The notes under the pieces are model-generated. The model saw nothing but the letters and a program-made list of their open reading frames with translations, ran no database searches and had not been told where the DNA came from. Made by a program: the position numbers and the translations under genes. A stretch of DNA of 64,000 nt from Mobula hypostoma (Eukaryota): positions 33,976,001 through 34,040,000 of the forward strand of contig NC_086106.1 in the NCBI RefSeq assembly GCF_963921235.1. Direction: 5' to 3'. Shown here piece by piece: positions 1 through 13,424 of the stretch (positions are counted from its first letter, which is position 1; every line of letters begins with the position of its first letter).

Positions 1-960
1 GATCTTGTGCATTGGAGCCTGCATACCAGCTGGTGATGCAACCAGTCCTAATGCTCTCCACAGTACATACGTAGAAATTTGCTCAAGTCTTTGGCAACAT
101 CCAAATCTCCTGAAACTCCTAATGAAGTATGGCCGCTGGCGTGCTTTCTTCGTGATTGAATTAATGTGCTAAGCACGGAATAGATTGTCGGTGATGCTGA
201 CGCCCGGGAACATGAGGGAGATCGAGAGCTTAGTGGCATGGAATCACGAGAATAATATTTCCCTCAACAACAACAAAACAAATGAATTTTGTTTACTTCA
301 GAAAGGCAGACAGTGCACATGCTCCTCACTACATCAGCTGTTGAGGATTGGAGGGCTGAGAATTTAGCTTCCTAAGGGAGAACATAGCCAACTGCCCGTC
401 CTGGCCCAACTACCTAAACATCAGACCAAGAAAGCTCAGCAACGCCTCTACTTCCTCAGGATAATTCTAGAATTTAGCATATTCCCGTCCATCTTGCCAA
501 CTTTTATCGAAGCATCATAGAAAGCACACTGACTGGATGTAAAACGGCTTAGTATGGCGACGCCCTACGTGTGACCTCAAGAAACTGCAGAGAATCCTGG
601 ACACAGCTCAGCACATCACGTGAATCACTTTCCCCTCTATGGACTCTGTCTATACATCTCACTGCCTCAGTAAAGCAACCAGCATAATCAAAGAGCCCAT
701 CCACCCCAGTCATGTTTTCATCTCCGTTCTTCCACTGGGCAGAAGATACCAGGTTCAAGAAGAACTTCTATATCATTGTTACCAGACGACTGAATGTTTC
801 GTTGGTATAATATGGTGGACTTTTAATTTCACAGTCTACCTCTTGGTGACTTTTAACCTTTCTTCGCATTGGCGGTACACTTTCTGTGCCCTGCAACACT
901 TTATTCTGCACCCTGTCATGCTTTATCTTATATTAGCTCAACATACAGTTGCATTGAATT
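1..960. mobile_element. Two degraded Rex1/Babar-like LINE 3' fragments (minus ~1-260, plus ~250-960)
   Basis: Text such as 'aaagctcagcaacgcctctacttcctcagg' and 'cacagctcagcacatcacg' matches the C-terminal RT region of the longer copy at 2636-5850; frames are broken. Confidence 0.7.
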
Positions 961-1199
961 AATCTGTATGGACGATATGCAAAACAAGGCTTCTACTGTG
1001 CCTCAGTACATGTGGCAATAGTAAGCCATTTTACCATTTTACCAATTTAATACTCTGGATTATACTGTGCACCGCTTCACACGTTCCTATAATAAGCAAG
1101 TGCTATCATTCACGTGACTAAGTACAGAGGTTGATTGTGTTTTGAAATTATACTAACAGTTGTGTTGTCGTTCAGAAATCTAATGTAGAGGAGGAGGAG

Positions 1200-2350
1200 C
1201 TGTTCTTAAAAAGAAGGTTGCAGGTCTTCAATCCCATGTACCTTCTAGCCTATGCAACATAGACGAAATGGTGGAGGAACTCTGTACGTCAGGCAACATC
1301 TATGGAGAGGAATAAGCACTCTATGTTTCTGGCTCAGAACATTCTTCAGGACTTGAAACGAATGGGGAAGAAACCAAAGTAACAATATGGGGAGCGGGCA
1401 GTGGAATGAATACAAGCTGGCAAGTGGTAGGTAAGACCAGATGAGGAGGTAGTTGGGAGAGAGGGGAAGGGGTGATGGTGAGAAGTTTGGAAGAGGTGAA
1501 GGACTGAAGAGGAAGGAGTCTGATAGAAGTGGACGCTGGGCCACGGAAGAGAGCGATGGAAGAGGGGAGGGGCTGGCGAGGTAAAGAGAAAGCATGAGAG
1601 GGGATCCAGAATGGTGAATCAAGAAAGACATAAGGGGAGGTGGGTGGGGGAGAAATTACCAAAAGTTAGAGAAATCGATGTTCCTGACATCAGAGTGATG
1701 GTTACCCAGAAGGAGGCGTTGTGTCTCCTCACCAAGTGTCCCCTCATTGTGGCAGTAGTGGAGGCCATGTGCAGACATGTTGGAATGAGAATTCAAATTG
1801 AAATGGTAAACACTGGAGAACACCGCCTTTTCTGGCAGACAGAGTGATGGTGCGAAACAGTCCCATAACCTACGTCGAATCTCACTGATGTGAAAAGGCG
1901 GCAAGTTGAGAACCAGATATAGTAGAAGGCCCAGACCACCTCGTAGGTGAAGTGTCACCTCACCTGGTAGGGCTGTTTTAGAGCAGTGATTGCTGGCGAG
2001 GAGGTTGGAGTAGCATTTGTCGGGAGTAGTTCTTGCGGAGATAAGAGCCAGAAAAATGATTAATGGGGAGGGACGAGTGGACGAGGGAGTCAGATGGAGA
2101 CGACTTCTTCAGGTAACTTGCTATGGAAGATTTCATCCTTTTATCTCCTCCATCTATCATCTCCTAGCTTCTTACTGCATCCCTTTCCACCTCCCCATCT
2201 ACCATAACCCTCATCTGTTTTCTTGTATTACCTGCCAGGGTGTACTTCCCTTTCTCTCGCCTCCTTATTCTGGCTTCTTCCCCTGTCAGTCTGAAACTTC
2301 AATAGTAATTCGTCATCATAAATGATATCCGACCTGCTGAGTTACTTCAG
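1200..2350. mobile_element. Penelope-like element fragments
   Basis: Degraded matches to the 51230-54647 element (e.g. 'gagaaatcgatgttc', 'gatatccgacctgctgagttacttcagcatt'). Confidence 0.6.
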
Positions 2351-2635
2351 CATTCTGTGTTCGTTGTTTGAAAATTGTTTTGTTTTCTTATCAACTCCTC
2401 AAATGAAAAGTGCTCTTACCTTTTCATAATCATGGCTTCTGCCTCTATTTGGCGCGATACAAATTTAAATATAAAAGGTTTCCTTTTCCTGTCTGACTTC
2501 TTCCTTCGCCCTTAATTTAGGATGTCTCTTTCAGCCTCTCTCTCTCATGTGCATAAACACAGTCCTGCACACATGCACGTACATACAGATACATGATCTG
2601 ATAACAATTTCGGCAGGACATACCCAGAATGTCTT

Positions 2636-5600
2636 TCCTTTACTTTACTTTACTTTATTGTCGCCAAACAATTGATACCAGAGCGTACAATCATCACAGT
2701 GATATCTGATTCTGCGCTTCGCTCTCCCTGGAGAACAAATCGATAGTAAATAGTAAAAATTTTAAAAATTCAATTATAAATAATAAATAGAAAAGGGAAA
2801 GTAAGGTATTCAAAAAAAAAACAAAAACAAAAAATTAAAAAAAAAACAAGAGGCAGGTCCGGATATTTGGAGGGTACGGCCCAGATTCGGGTCAGGATCT
2901 GTTCAGCAGTCTCATCACAGTTGGAAAGAAGTTGTTCCCAAATCTGGCCGTACGAGTCTTCAAGCTCCTGAGCCTTCTCCCGGAGGGAAGAGGGACGAAA
3001 ATTGTGTTGGCTGGGTGGGTTGTGTCCTTGATTATCCCGGCAGCACTGCTCCGACAGCGTGCGGTGTAAAGTGAGTCCAAGGATGGAAGATTGGTTTGTG
3101 TGATTTGTTGGGCTGTGTTCACGATCTTATGCAGTTTCCTCCGGTCTTGGACAGGACAACTTCCATACCAGGTTGTGATGCACCCTTGAAGAAAGCTCTC
3201 TATGGCGCGTGTATAAAATTAGTGAGGATTTTAGTGGACAGGCCAAATTTCTTTAACTTTCTCAGGAAGTAAAGGCGCTGCTGGGCCTTCTTGGCAGTGA
3301 ACTCTGCTTGGTTGGACCAAGTCAGGTCATTTGTGATATTGACCCTGAGGAACTTAAAGCTTTTGATCTGTTCCACTTGCGCACCACCGATGTAAATGGG
3401 GTCGTGCAGTCCGCTACTCCTTCTGAAGTCAACAACCAATTCCTTCATCTTGCTGACGTTGAGGGATAGGTTATTGTCCTCGCACCATGCCACCAGGTTC
3501 TTAATTACTCTCTGTACTCAAACTCATCATTACCCGAGATACGGCCTACAATTGTGGTGTCATCAGCAAAATTATATATTGTTTGATGGAAACTTAGCTA
3601 CACAAACATGGGTGTACAGTGAGTACAGCAGGGGGCTGAGTACACAGCCTTGTGGGGCACTGGTGCTCAGAGTGATTGCAGAGGAGAGTTTGTGCCCTAT
3701 TTTTACAGCCTGGGTCTGTCTGTGAGGAAGTTGAAGATGCAGCTGCAGATCTGAGTGCTAAGGCCTAGGTTCCGGAGCTTAGGAATCAGTTTATTTGGAA
3801 TGATGCTATTAAAGGCAGAGCTGTAGTCAATGAAAAGGAACCTTACGTATGCGTCTTTATTCTCCAGGTGTTCTAAGGAGGAATGTAGGGCCAGAGAGAT
3901 GGCATCTGCCGTTGACCTGTTGCTCCGGTAGGCGAATTGCAAAGCATCGAGGTTGACCAGTAGGCTCTGGTTGATGTGCGCCATAACCAATCTCTCGAAG
4001 CACTTCATAGCAATTGATGTCAGAGCCACAGGTCGATAGTCATTCAGGCATGCCACCTTGCTCTTCTTCGGCATCAGGATTATCGTCGCCTTCTTAAAAT
4101 ACGAGGGGATCTTAGACTGAAGCAAGGTGCAGTTGAAAATGTCAGCGAACACTCCAGCTAGCTCACTTACACAGGCCCGGAGAACCCGTCCCGGCCCACC
4201 ATCTGGGCCCGTCGCCTTCCTTGGATTGAGCTTCAGAAAGCCCCTTCTGACGTCCTCGGTAACGATGAGTCTCGATTCCACCAGGTCCGGTTCATCCGGA
4301 GGGAGCGGGATACTCCTCTTCTATTCGAATCTTGCATAGAATACATTAAGTTCGTCAGAAAGAGAACCGCCACAGTTGTTGATATTCCCAGCCTTTTCTT
4401 TGCTCCCAGTGATCTCATTTAGACCCTACCATAATCTACCGGCATCCCCCTGGTTAGCCTGGGCTTCCAACTTTGCTTGATATTGCCTCTTGGCGCCCTT
4501 AATGGCTTTCCGGAGTTCACGCCTGGATTCCGTGTACTGACTGGTATCCCCTAAAAGCAGCAGCTCTGGCCTTTAAAGGAGACTTGACCTCATAATTCAT
4601 CCTACGTTTCCGGATAGGGAATACCCGGATCGTCTTGAGAGACACACAGTCCTCTGTGCATTTGCAGATAAAGTCCGTGACCCCTGAGGCATACTTACTG
4701 AGGTTAGCTGCCAAGTCCTTCATACTTTTGTCCACCAAAGCAGTCACGGAGCACCTCATCCTTTTCCTCCGTCCAACGCGCCACCACTTTTAACACCGTG
4801 CCCTCCCGCTTCAGTTTCTGTTTGTAAGCCGGGAGGAGGAGTGCGGCCTGATTGTCCGATTTTCCGAAGTGAGGTCGTGGGACGGAACGATAGGCATCCT
4901 TGACTGCTGTGTAGTAGCGGTCAAGTATATTCGGTCCTCTAGTGGGGCAGGTGACCTGTTGGTATAACTTTGGCAGCGCCTTTCTGGGGTTGTCCTCGTT
5001 AAAGTCCCCGGCTGTAATGAGCAAAGCCTCCGGATACCTCGTCTGAAGTTCACTGATGTCGACATACAGTCTGTTCAGAGCTCACTCCACGTCCGCCTGG
5101 GGGGGGGGGGGGGGGAGGAGGGGCGGGGGGAAATGTAGACCGCTGTCAGTATGAACGAGGTGAATTCCCGTGGCAGATAGTAGGGACGACACTTTACCGC
5201 CAGGTGTTCCAGTTCCGGACTGCAGGAGCTTGCCAGTGCCACTGTGTCCGAGCACCAGACAGTGTTGATCAGTGAGCAGACACCACCGATCCTCGTCTTG
5301 CCCAAAGGTGCAATGCGGGTCCATCTGATGGATCGAAAATCTCTCTGGTCGGATGGCACAGTCTGGTGTGCCGGGGAGAGCCAGGTCTCAGTGAAACAGA
5401 ATACGCAGCAGTTCTGCATCTCCCTGCAGTAAGTGTGTCTCCCTTTAAGATCATCCATCTTGTTCTCAATGGCTTGCAGATCACCTAGTCGGATGGTGGG
5501 TGGAAGGACCCTGAAGCCCCTCAACTTCAATCGGACCAGCTGCCCAGCTCTTTTCCCACTCTTCTGTAAATAGTGCATCTTTCCAGGTTTCCATTGAAGC

Positions 5601-5850
5601 AGTGTGTTTTTGGCAGCTCTTTGAGGTTGGTGGACGCGTCCGCGGGGTTCGATCGGCGGGTCGTGTCGTCGGGCGCTCCGGGTCGGGCCGAGTGGCGGTG
5701 GAAGCTCCGCTGCCACTTCCAGCTGCCGGGAGACCGGGCTGTCGATTGGGTCGGGCCCCAAAGCCGACTCTTAATTCCGGAAGTCCGGACTCCGGGCTGA
5801 AACAAGTCCGTTAGCTGAGTCGGTATCTGGCAACTCTGCGCGTGCTCTCC
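2636..5850 (-). mobile_element. Near full-length, frameshifted Rex1/Babar-like LINE (AP endonuclease + RT)
   Basis: APE motifs CVFCFTETWL and GDFN (ORFs 5075-5761, 4704-5024); RT motifs YRPVALTSIAMKCFERLV and QFAY...FIDYSSAFN (3703-4281); C-terminus NNLSLNVSKMKELVVDFR (3200-3493); (TAAAG)n tail at ~2636-2660; poly-G frameshift near 5098-5129. Confidence 0.85.
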
Positions 5851-7999
5851 CGAGCAAGCTGCCCTCTACACTATTCTATACCCGAGTAACCCCTTTAAAC
5901 CTCCAATCTGCTACATCTAGCAGGATCAACAACACCCTGGCGAAGCTACTGATCCAGCTGGAGATCGCCTCGCCAGAATTGCTGGTTCAAATCCGGACCG
6001 CACCTGGACCCAGCCAGCGAGGCCTGGTCCGAGTCTTCGCTTTCCTTTACAGTATTCGCCAGACATCCTGACTGACGTGCTAAGAAATTCCTTCCATTGG
6101 AAATCAAATTGAAACGTCAACATTGAATCTTTCTCCACATACGCAAAAGCGCTTTTTTTTTACTTTTGTGTTCAGTCGCATCATATTCCTTCGAACCCAA
6201 TTGTAGGAAAGTTTATTGTTGGTCAGAGGTTAATGCAGCAATCATGTATTAACAAATGCTGAAGTTCACAGATTCTGTTATTTCTTTGGAAAGTAACAAA
6301 TCAAACCTTGTCAGATCGCTCTGCTTCTGTACGAGGCGCAAAGAAGATGTATTGTGAACGATCGTTTATCCGAACTATAGTTTTGTTTCTTTTATGGGTA
6401 TATTTACCCTAGGGGAGTTCAATGTTTAATTAGTGGAATAATATGAGTGGCGAATTATATACAAAACTGCCAGGTCCGTTGTCTTTCCTACAGGTTAGAC
6501 GAATAAGATTGATTGCATTGAAGAGACAAATTGAATATTTTATTTTTTTACAAAAAACAACTCTCATGTGGGATCCTATAAAGTATTATGAGTAAAATTA
6601 GGAGACAATTTTCTATTTCTTTCCCTCGTAAGTTAAAACAAACATTGCCTAAATGTTACCAGTGAATTTTGGGTGGACTGAGGCCAATTGGTTTTAATTT
6701 GTTAGATGAGAGTGTTGGCATTCATGAGGTAATGCAGATAAATGGAAAGAGAATAAATACAGACAAAAATGCTGAAACCCTCGCCTTGCTATACCAGCAA
6801 TGATCAGTGGATGGCAGTAACGGGTCCCTGAAAAATATATCTTCCAGTCAATAAATCAGAACTGGAGATCCCAAATTGGAATTATTATGGTTTCAACTTC
6901 TTTTCTGCTTGGATCCAATGAATATGGATTAATATCTTCTAAAGACAAGGAGTATAAATATTTCCTGGTCATGGTGAAGAAGTTGAATTTATGGCACCGG
7001 CACCAATTAGGAAAGGAGAGCAGATATTCTTTCCAAAAGGACACGAGCAAACCAATTGTGCATTTGTTCCGTATTTTTTTGCTCATGTCTTGTGATCTGC
7101 TAAAGCTAACTTTAAAATAAAGACATTTATTTTTAATGAGATGATTATCTCAATGTCTCGAGTTGCCATGGTTGGATTCCAACTCATGTCGCTGGCTATT
7201 AATCCAGTGGCAAATATGTTTTGAAATGAACGATTTCCATGCTATCAAAGCTCTATTATTATTTTTTTTCATTCACCCAATTCCACAGCAACATGCTCAA
7301 ACATTATCCCGACAACACGCATTGAATGAAGAAGGAACTCAGCAAGCTATGTAGCATCTATTGAAGGGAAATAAACAGTATCTACACTTATTCCTTTTTC
7401 TGGTGAGGCTCCTTTCCTATTCTCGTTTCACCGCACTGCACCCATACAATGTGCGGGATTGCCATGGACTTTCTTTGTCTCAAGAGGACAAGAACGTCTA
7501 ATTTGATGTCAGTGCCACTTGTCTTTAACTCATTGGCGGGGGGGGGGGGGGCGGGGGAAGGGGGAAATCTAACGTTCCAGAATTACAACCCCATGAAGCT
7601 CACCGTCATTTCCAGCAAGCATATTTTCCTCTCGGTTCCCTGTTGTCTTTTTCTATCAAATTATACATGCTAATATTGCCCAACTGTATCACATCCTGCT
7701 GTCTCAATTCTGTTACCAGGAAACTGCCGAGCATCTTCTATTTTCATCTTGACAAATTGAGGCTGATCTTAAAAGTTCAAAATCATCTCGTAAATCGTGA
7801 ATGAACTTGCAACCATCTAATAAGGATAATCGCAGAGAAATGGGTGGATGTGCAGATTCACCTGAAGGTGAAGAAGTGCAGTACACCTGTTGGCAGAGGT
7901 GGTGGATAAATGAAGAGGAGAAAGAATACAAAGCTCGTTTTCTTCTATTTGAATGCAAGGATTCTAATTCGTGAGGTCATCATCATAGCTTGTCACACC

Positions 8000-8740
8000 A
8001 GATAGCCAGTCACTCTAGTGTTGTTTGGTTCATGTTGAGCAGGTCAGGTGAGAGTGGGCAGTTGCGCAGAACGTCTTCAATGTTCTTCACCCTTTAGCCA
8101 TGCTCACAGGATTCGCTGGTCTTTAAAGCCCACTTCACCATATTGTCTCCCGTCCTACTCCCGCTTAGCTCTGTTCAGTGTGCACCACTTCCGACTGTCA
8201 AGCAGTGCCCCGGCTGGTAACATTTCTGTGCGGTCTTGCACTGTATTGTTTGGTTCTGGATCTGGCTTCTGTTTGTTGCCAGAGGTCAATCCTGTATGTT
8301 TGGGGAGATGTTCTGTGCTGTAGTTCCTCCACGGTAGCAAAGCTTTTCCTCGATTCTAGGCGGTTGGAAACTGGCACATGATGATGTAGTGGGTGCGTGG
8401 ATCTGTTTACCTTTTTCAATTTTGTTGTTAGTATGTCTTCGGATCTCTGGGGGAGCAATCCCTGCAAGTCTTTAAATGATGTTAGTGGGTGTGGGGTGCA
8501 GTATGTCTGTAATTATTCGGCAGGCTTCGTTAAGCAACGGGTCTAATTTCTTTGCATGGGCTGATCTGTCCCACACAGTGGTACAGTATTCTGCAGGTGC
8601 ATAGCAGAGTGCGAGGGCAGTTGATCTCAGTGTGTGAGCATTAGCTCCCCATTTTGTGCTAATTACTTTTTGCAAGAGAGAATTGCGAGAGCCAACTTTT
8701 CCATGGAGTTTTTGGATGTGGGTAGCAAATGAGAGCGTTT
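8000..8740 (-). mobile_element. Ingi/Vingi-like LINE 3' fragment
   Basis: ORF 8472-8675 KWGANAHTLRSTALALCYAPAEYC...W...AHAKKLD resembles the post-RT region of I/Ingi-superfamily LINEs. Confidence 0.55.
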
Positions 8741-9098
8741 AGTGTCACGCCCAGGTAAATTGGAGTCAGATGGTGTTCGAGCTCCTTCCCATATCAGAAG
8801 TAAGCTAGTTGAAGTCAACACTTTTACTGAAACATGGACTTCGATTAAGATTTTCTTTCCTTCATTATCACACGATTGAAAATTGGGTAATCTGGCAACA
8901 GGGTATGGATTTTTTTTTCAGTTAAAACAAGAGGAGATGCCAAAGAGAAGGTGGTATTTCAGTTTTGTAGATCATGGATTGATAAATTTGGAAATTTTGT
9001 GTGTGGGATGGGGGAGTTGGGGTCGCCGGATCAGCCAGGGGTACTGGGTATGTCAAGCGCAGATCTCAGTGATGAATCTGTATTTATTTTAAAGGCAA

Positions 9099-11680
9099 TT
9101 GTGTATTAGAACGTTGGACATAGAACTTAGAAGTGTACCACAGGAACAGATCATCCAACCTGCAATGTTGTGTCGATCCAGCTACAAAGCAAATCAAAAA
9201 CAACCGAACACTCATCCCTCCTACCTACACTATGTCCATATCCCTCCAACGTCCTTACATCCATGTGCTGATCCAAACATCTATAAAAGGTCTCTAATGT
9301 ATTTGCCTCCACCACCACACCAGGCGGCGCATTCCAGGCATCCCCGGCTCCCTGAGTAAACAACTTACCTCTCACATTCCGCTTGAACCTTGCCCCTCTC
9401 AACTTCGGTGCATGCCCTCGGGTGTTAGACATTTCAACCTTGTGGAACAGACTCTCTGTCCACTCTATTTATGCCTCTCATAATCCCCTCAGATTCTGAA
9501 GTTTCAGAGAAAACAACCAAGTTTATCCAGCCTCTTGTGATAGCTCTAAACCAGGCACTATCCTGCAAACCTCTTCTGCACCCTCTCCAAAGCCTCAACA
9601 TCCTCCCTATGGTGGGTGACCAGATCTACATACAGCACTTCAAATGTGGCCTAACCAGAGTTTTATGAAGTTGCAACATAACCTCCTGACTTTTGAACTC
9701 AATGTGATGACTAATTAAAGCAAGTATTGTACATACCTTCTTAATTGCCTTATCAACTGTGGAGCCACTTTCAAAGAGCTATGAACTTCGATCCTGAAAT
9801 CTCTCTGCTCAGCGATACTGTTGAGAGCCTTGCATTTGCCCTACCTGGGTTAAACTACATCTGCTATTTCTTAGCCCATGTCTGCAACTAATCCATATCA
9901 TGCTGTATTCTTTGTCAGTCTTCTACACTATCCACAACTCCACCAGTCATGGTATCATCCACAAATTTACTAACCCACCCATCGACATTTTCATCTAGGT
10001 CATTTGTATATATTACAAACAGCTGAGGTCCCAGCACGGATCCCTGCGGAACTCCAGTAATTACAGACCTCCAGCTCGAATATGACCCTTTGACCACTCC
10101 CCTCTCTCTTCTATGTGCAAGCCAGTGCTGAATTCAAACAGCCAATTCACTGCACAAACCATGCATCTAATCTTCTGGATTAGTCTCCCCTCCCATGAGG
10201 GACTTTGTCAAAAGCTGTACTAAAAACCATGTATACAACAGCCACTGCTGTACCCTCAGCAATCTCTCTCATTATCTTGTCAAAAAAACTCAATCAAGAT
10301 GATAAGCTGCGACCTGCCACAAGCAAAGCTATGCTGGCTCTCCCTGGTTAGGTCATGTGTTAACCCAAACTGATATGTCCTATCTCTAAGAATTTTCTCC
10401 AGCAATTACCCTACGACTGACGTGGGACTCACCAATCTACAGTTCCAGGGACTTTCCTTGTTCCATTTTTTAAAAAGAGGTACAGCATTAGCCACTCTTC
10501 AGTCCTCTGGGGCGTTGCCTGTGGCTAGAGAGGACATAAAGACAGTGGGTAAGGGCCCAGTGATCTGAATGGTCAGTCACCTGGCCAGACTGATTCCCAA
10601 CATGAGGTCCAGTACAACCACTCTCCTGATTGGACCGTCCACATGTTGATCTAAGAAACCTTCCTGGATACATTTAACAAATTCAGCCCCATATATATCC
10701 CTTACAATAAGAAGGTCCAAGTTTACACTAGGGACGTTGAAATTTCCCATGAAAACAACCCTATTATTTTTACGCATTTCCTTAATCTGGTTGCATATCT
10801 CTTCCTCAATGTCCTGGTGCCTAATCGGGGATCTGCAGTACATTCCCATCAGTGTAATTGCACCCCTCCTATTCCCGAATTCCACCTAAATGGATTTAGT
10901 GTCTGACTCCTCTTAGTGCCGCTGTGATATTGTCCCTGATTAGCAGTGCAACTCCAATCGCTCTTTTACCTCCTCCTCTATATTTTCCAAGACTTCGAAA
11001 ACCTGGTACATTAAGCACACAATCCTACTCTCCTCTCAGCCAAGTTTCAATAATGGCTTCAACATTGTAGCTCCGTCTTGCACAGGTCACCTCTTCCTCA
11101 GAAAAGATTCCAATGATCCAAGAACTGGAACTCCTGCCCTTTACACCATCTCAGCAGCCACTCACTCATCCGTGCTACCAACCCATTTCGATGTCATTGT
11201 TGTCAATATGCACTAGGAATTCTGGCTGTTCCCTCTTTTCCTCGACAATATTTTGTAGCCGCTCCAATGCATCACGGAGCCCAGCAATTGGGAGGAAACA
11301 CACCATCCTAGCGCCTTGTTTTGTGGCTACAGAATATCTTTTCTGTCTCCCTAACTATAGAGACCCTATTAGAACTGCGTTGCCTGAATTTATCCTGCCC
11401 TGTCAAGCCTTAGAGCCGGCCGCAGTGTCAGCAGTCTGTCTGGTGCTGCCGTGATCTGATGGTCACCCACCCCCAGCAGTATACAAAGGAGCGTAGTTGT
11501 TGCTGAGAAGAGTGGCCACAGGAGAACCCTGCACTGACTTCATATTCCACTACCTCTCCGGGTGGCCGCAAGTCTACTGTCGAAAGGCTATACACTGGGT
11601 ATGACCACCTCTTCAAAAGTCTCGTCTGTAATATCTTCAGCCTCCAGAATGTCCTGATTACATCCAAGTCCAGCTCCAAT
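9099..11680 (-). mobile_element. Degraded CR1 LINE fragments
   Basis: [22 protein letters not shown]...KFVDDT (9915-10097), MGNFNVP APE motif (10577-10885), CR1-type 3' end 'acatagaacttagaa'. Confidence 0.8.
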
Positions 11681-11851
11681 TAATGAGGTACCATAATACA
11701 TATGGTTGACATTGACGTCAGTGAGGCCAGCAATAGGTCCAATTTAGAAACGCGATTTAAGATGTTAAGACCTATTTGATTCAGGAAATGATGTTAAAAT
11801 GAGGGTTTCTGGTGACCTCAGAAGGGTTTTTCTGTGATTGTTAGAAGGTGC

Positions 11852-12731
11852 TGTTACGTAACCGGCAACAATGAATATCAGTCGAGACAGGTTCTATAAA
11901 AACAACCAAACATTTATTGAACACGGATAAACAATAAAAAATACAAACGAACACCTTCACCGGAAGTTAACCGCTATGCAGCCATTTAACAAATCGTCAC
12001 TCGGCACTGGTTCTTAAAGCGTTAAATGCGCAAACAGTTTTTAAAGCGGTAAAGTCAGATACAGTTCTTAAAATTGTAAATTCGAAAGTCCAACAGATTT
12101 ATACGTGCAATTGGGAGAGACTTGTCTAGAGAAGGATTTCTTCATAGACGCGATTTTCCTGTTGGTTCTGTCTAAAGGATTCACGATGCAGGAAATAAAC
12201 AGTTTAAAACAACTGACCTTAAATTCTGGAGAGCAAACCTTTGCATGAACTACATTTATCTTTTGGCAGGAGTTATATCGATGCAGGTCGCTACTCCTTC
12301 AACGAAGACTCAATAAGGTCGATCCTTTGTTAAACTGCCGAACGATACCGACTCTTAATCCTTCGGGTCCTGTACTTCGATAAAGTCTTCGCTCTCCCGT
12401 ACTACTGCTGGAAAAAGGTACATCAACACATCTAGCAAAAATTGCTAATCCAACACTATTGTACCTTGCAACAGAACGTTACACTCCGTTTTAAAAAAAG
12501 AAAAAGCGTCATACAATAAACACGCAACAGAAAAGGAGACGCAAACGCACGTTCTAGGTGGAAAACTAAAACCTAAAAAACTAACTGCGTCATCTGGGGT
12601 CTTCCCTGATATACCCGTGGTGCCCATGTCATCACGTGACCTCACAGCGGCGGGAAAATTACATCAGGTGACCTCCAAAAGACCATCATTCTCACACAAA
12701 AAAATCACAGATCCTCTTAAGGCATGTAACA
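11852..12731 (-). mobile_element. Solo LTR (880 bp)
   Basis: TGTTAC...GTAACA inverted termini; flanks gtgc/gtgt (4-bp TSD, one mismatch); AATAAA on the minus strand near the left end. Confidence 0.7.
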
Positions 12732-12839
12732 GTGTTAACTAGTGTTCCACGGGGACTGGTACTGGGATCCTTTGTGCTTCAATATGGCATGACTGTGCAT
12801 TAGGAGTTAGTGTTAAATTACAAAGTTCAAGTTTCAAAG

Positions 12840-13424
12840 TAAATTTAATATTAAAAAAACATATATCGGCATATACCACTCTGAGATTCGTTTCTTCGTG
12901 AGCATTCTCAGTAAATCCAAGAAACAACAGAATCAATAAAAGATTGCACCCAACAGGATGGACAACCAACCAATGTTCAAAATGGACCAAACTATGCAAA
13001 TACAAATGGGAGAAATAAAGGAATTATAACGATAAGAGTCCTTGAAAGTGAATCATTCAGTTGTGGGAACGGTTCGGTGATGGGATAGGTGAAGTTGAGT
13101 GACGCTATACCAATTGGTTCAACAGCCTGATGGTTGAGGGATAATAACTGTTCGTGAACCTGTTGGCGTGTGTCCCGAGGCTCCTGTACCTTCTTCCTGA
13201 TGGCAGCAGCGAGACGAGAGCATAGCCTGGGTGGTGGGGGTCCTTGTTGATGAATGCTGTCTTCTAGCGACAGCTCTCCGTGTAGATGTGCTCAATAGTG
13301 GGTAGCGTTATACCCTTGATAGACTGGGTCGTATCTATTACCTTTCGTAAGGCTTACCGTTAAAGAACGTTGCTGTTTCTGTACCAGGTCGTGATGCAAC
13401 CAGTCAATTTATTTTCCACCACGG
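12840..13424 (-). mobile_element. LINE 3' fragment that hosts the LTR array (continues at 20031-20250)
   Basis: Same family text as positions 1-180 ('gtgatgcaaccagtc...ccac'); resumes after 20030 ('cacagatctacagaagtttgtcaaa'). Confidence 0.7.

Noticed and set aside
2410-2500. Minus-strand donor AAAAG|gtaagag preceded by ATGATTATG
   Set aside because: No clear acceptor or recognisable protein; cannot be supported as an exon.
5930-6020. tRNA-like B-box GGTTCAAATCC (5984-5994)
   Set aside because: No foldable cloverleaf or clear A-box; at most a degraded SINE head.
7600-7960. Minus-strand splice-like signals and hydrophobic peptide TSFVFFLLFIY as a possible TM exon
   Set aside because: The hydrophobic run is just a polypyrimidine tract next to a stop; no CART motif or K-V-K-type end; frames do not join sensibly.
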